Shown: piece by piece, positions 60,637 through 64,000 of the stretch
Position numbering within the stretch: position 1 is the first letter of the stretch
Layout of the letters: every line of letters starts with the position of its first letter
Assembly: GCA_036785375.1 (NCBI GenBank)
Contig: JAWMAR010000094.1
Span: 3,224,001 to 3,288,000, forward strand
From: Leucoraja ocellata
Taxonomy: Eukaryota
Length of the DNA: 64,000 bases
Direction of reading: 5' to 3'
Program-made: the position numbers and the translations under genes
The notes under the pieces: model-generated
What the model was told of the DNA's origin: nothing
Database searches by the model: none
The model's input: only the letters and a program-made list of their open reading frames with translations

Positions 60637-60690
60637 GGGGTGGGAGATTGCAACCTTCACGTGGTCCGCCCGGTTTCGACGAATGCAAAC
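60637..60690 (+). ncRNA. Minimal HDV-like ribozyme motif, copy 2
   Basis: Same fold. L3 UUCACGU, J4/2 CGAA. Carries a G1-G mismatch and one P2 mismatch. Confidence 0.7.
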
Positions 60691-60773
60691 AACCTGGCGT
60701 GCACAATCAAATAAGATCAAATAGAACAAGTTGTCCTACAACTTTAGGCTGTGCATGCCATACCCAAGAAGAG
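60637..60773 (+). mobile_element. ~140-bp ribozyme-headed non-autonomous retroposon, copy 2
   Basis: 12-bp TSD aagctatttctt (60625-60636) / aagctctttctt (60774-60785). 3' stem-loop at 60728-60744. GAA tail. Confidence 0.75.
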
Positions 60774-63700
60774 AAGCTCTTTCTTATATTAATTTCTATT
60801 TCCAGAATATACTTTATTCATAGAAAATATGAACAGGAAATGCAAGGGGGGGGGGGGGGGGGGAATATATATTTTTTCACTTTTTGCATCTTTCATTCAT
60901 TTGTACCATATCCATATTTAAAAGACTAGAATCACTTAGCCCATGCTTACGTGCTGATTTCCACATTATGATGAGCTATGGTGATATGGCTATGCTGTGA
61001 AATATCATTAGATTGTTCCAATGATAGAGTTCCTCTGTCCGCCCGTGTGCAAACTTGCCTAATCTCTCTTGCCTAGTCGCCTATGTGATACACATCCTAA
61101 AAATTAATGGCCATATTTGTGTCCAGCACTGATGCAACTTGATATCACAAGGAAAGGACAGTATCTCTAAAAAAAAAGATGCAGAGTGCTGGAGTAGCTC
61201 AGCAGGTCGGGCAGCATCTCGGGAGAACATGGATAGACAACGTTTGGGTCGAGACCCTTCCTCAGACTCGGGGCTGATGAAGGATCCCGTCCCAAAACTT
61301 TCATACGTTATATGAGCAGTTAGACCATTTGGCTCATCAAGTCTATCCCGCCATTCAATCGTGGCTGATCTATCTTTCCCTCTCAACCCCATTCTCCTGC
61401 CTTCTCCACATAATCTTTGATGCCCTTACTAATCAATTCCCTGTTAATCTCTGCTTTGAAAATACCCAATGATGGCCTCCACTGTCTGTGGCAATGAATT
61501 CCACAGATTGAACACCTTCTGGCTAAGAAATCCTTCCTCATCTCCTTTCTACAAGTACGTCCTTTTACAGAGGTTATGCCCCCTGGTCCTAGACTGTCCC
61601 ACTAGAGCAAACATCCTCTCCACATCCACTCTATCCAGTCCTTTCATTATTCAGTGCCTCTCCATGTTCTCCTGAGTTGCTCTCCGACCAGCTGAGTTAC
61701 TCCAGCATTACGATTCTTCTTTAGGAAAGCAATCTCTGCAGTGCCTTGTTCCTATAACTACTATCTACCTCATTGGTTACCCTCGGACTATCCTTGACCG
61801 GACTTTGCTGGCTTTACCTAGCACTAAGCGTTATTCCCTTATCATGAATAGGTCAAGTTTGGAGGGATATGGACCAAGCGCAGGCAGGTGGGACTAGTGT
61901 AGCTGGGACATGTTGTCTGCTATGGGCCAGTTGGGCCGAAGGGTTTGTTTCCACGCTATGACTCTATGTATCTATACAATATAAATGAATTGGTTGTAAT
62001 AATGTTTTGTCTTTCTGCTGACTAGTTAACACGCAACAAAAACATTTCATTGTACCTCGGTACAAGTGACAATAAACAAGTGACAATAAACAATGAAACT
62101 GAACTATGAACAAATATGCCTTCCATGTTAACATGGTAAAACTGCAATTTTTTAAATTATGTTTGCTTATTGAACCTAATAGAGAAAAAGATACAAAACA
62201 CAATAATGTCAGCAAATGTAGTTTGAGGTTTAAAAAAGTAATGAGCATTTTTTCAGTGCAATAAATATTTGAAGCTCAATAAATGCTATTAGTAGTTCTG
62301 GACTTATGTACAAGCGTTTGGAGCTTATAGACATGATAATAATATCTAACATCAACAGCAGCTTATTTTTCAACAAGGCAAAGACATTGAAATGAATCAC
62401 TGGGATGCTGGCAGGCCAATTCTTAGATTCCATGTGAAATGCCTCCTCCCATTCTGATAAGACAGTGTCATTTGGAATGCTGGGCAGATACATTTTATAA
62501 CTCCATCCAGATGTGTATGAGGCATCGATATAATAAATAATGAGAAACTTTTCACCTCAGCAAAGGCATCTATACTTAGGTAAGGAGACGATTTGGAGTG
62601 GACCTTTTAATCTGGAATGCATTGTTCAGTTTAGTTTAGATACAGCGCGGAAACAGGCCCTTCGGCCCACTGAGTCCGCATGGACCAGCGATCCCTGCAC
62701 ATTAACACCACCGTACATACGAGGAACAATTTTGTTTAACATCTATACCAAGCCAATTAACCTACAAACCTGTACGTCTTTGGAGAGTGGGAGGAACATA
62801 TAAAATTATAAAAGGACTGGACAAGCTAGATCCAGGAAAAATGTTCCCAATGTTGGGCAAGTCCAAGACCAGGGGCCACAGTCTTAGAATAAAGGGGAGG
62901 CCATTTAAGACTGAGGTGAGAAAAAAACGTTTTCACCCAGAGAGTTGTGAATTTGTGGAATTCCCTGCCACAGAGGGCAGTGGAGGCCGAATCACTGGAT
63001 GGATTTAAGAGAGAGTTAGATAGAGATCTCAGGGCTAGTGGAATCAAGGGATATGGGGAGAAGGCAGGCCCGGGGTATTGATTGGGGACGATCAGCCAGA
63101 TCACAATGAATGGCGGTGCTGGCTCGAAGGGCCGAATGGCCTCTTCCTGCACCTATTTTCTATGTTGCTATGTTTCTATGAAACCAAAGATCTTGGGGGG
63201 GGGGGGACCCATGCAGGTCACAGGGAGAACGTACAAACTCCGTACCGACAAGTACCTGTAGTCAGTATCAAACCTGAATCTCTGGAGCTGTAAGGCAGTA
63301 GTTCTGCTGCTGGATCACTCATGTCCCGAAAGCTTTTTATGGTAACAGGTACACTTTGTCTAAATGCATCAGTTGGATCACTACTTACAATCAGTTAAAT
63401 ACAAACTGAGTATCACTACACAATAATAAGTGCAGTTAACATTTAGTAGAATTTAATTGACCAAAGACCTTGGGAACATCCTCTGGTTGTGAAGTATGCT
63501 AGTTATTTTAATTTCCACATTAACGATAAATCATCACAAAAATAGCTAATACAGGTCCATCATTGACTTTGCAGCAACTGTGTTCCGGGCAGCAGAGTGG
63601 TAGAGTTGCTGCCTTACAGCCCCAGAGACCCAGGTTTGATCCTATCTGCAGGTGCTGTCAGCATGGAGTTTATATGCTTTCTCTGTGATCTCATGGGCTT

Positions 63701-64000
63701 TCTCAGCGTTCCCCCGTTTCATCCCACATTCCAAAGAATGAGTTTGTAGGTTAATTGGCCTCTGCAAATTGTACCTAGTATGTGTAGGGTAGAACTAGTG
63801 TACGAGTGATCGTTGGCCGGCGCGGACTCAGTGGGCCGAAGGGCCTGTTTGCACGCTGTAGCTCTAAACTATACTAGTACCTCTGTCCGCCAGTGTGCAA
63901 ACTTGGAGGATTTGTTATGCCCCATAGACGTCGTCTAGTGATACACATCCTAAATATTCATGGTCATATTTGTGTCTAGCACTGATGCAAATGGATATGA

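Noticed and set aside
60960-61150. Possible C/D or H/ACA snoRNA/scaRNA (ATGATGA, CTGA, ACA)
   Set aside because: Boxes and stems are not convincingly arranged, and no host intron is known.
61964-62248. Hydrophobic minus-strand ORF as an alternative exon 1
   Set aside because: It runs into a repeat tail with no suitable donor. 59731-59764 fits much better.

Overview
Repeat-dense vertebrate genomic DNA. The HE1-like V-SINEs, CR1/HER1-type LINEs and Penelope fragments point to an elasmobranch, probably a skate or ray (inference). Two genes lie tail-to-tail. On + are seven 3' coding exons of RAP1GAP2 (2056-26972). On - is a complete 8-exon tapasin-family gene (CDS 59764 to 40675, 431 aa by my splice reconstruction). 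It has a KKPY ER-retrieval tail, no Cys95-equivalent, no TM lysine, and an ISRE plus kappaB promoter. The rest is mostly mobile DNA: a structurally complete but decayed DIRS element, CR1 LINEs, V-SINEs, Penelope fragments with minimal hammerhead cores, a Vingi-like remnant, a Tc1 fragment and several MITE families. There are three assembly gaps. The most striking unannotated signal is a ~140-bp retroposon present in two inverted copies flanking exon 1 of the tapasin-like gene. It begins exactly with a 54-nt minimal HDV-like ribozyme fold and ends in a stem-loop plus (GAA)n, with ~12-bp target-site duplications. All calls are by eye, with no database searches. Repeat boundaries are approximate unless TSDs are given.
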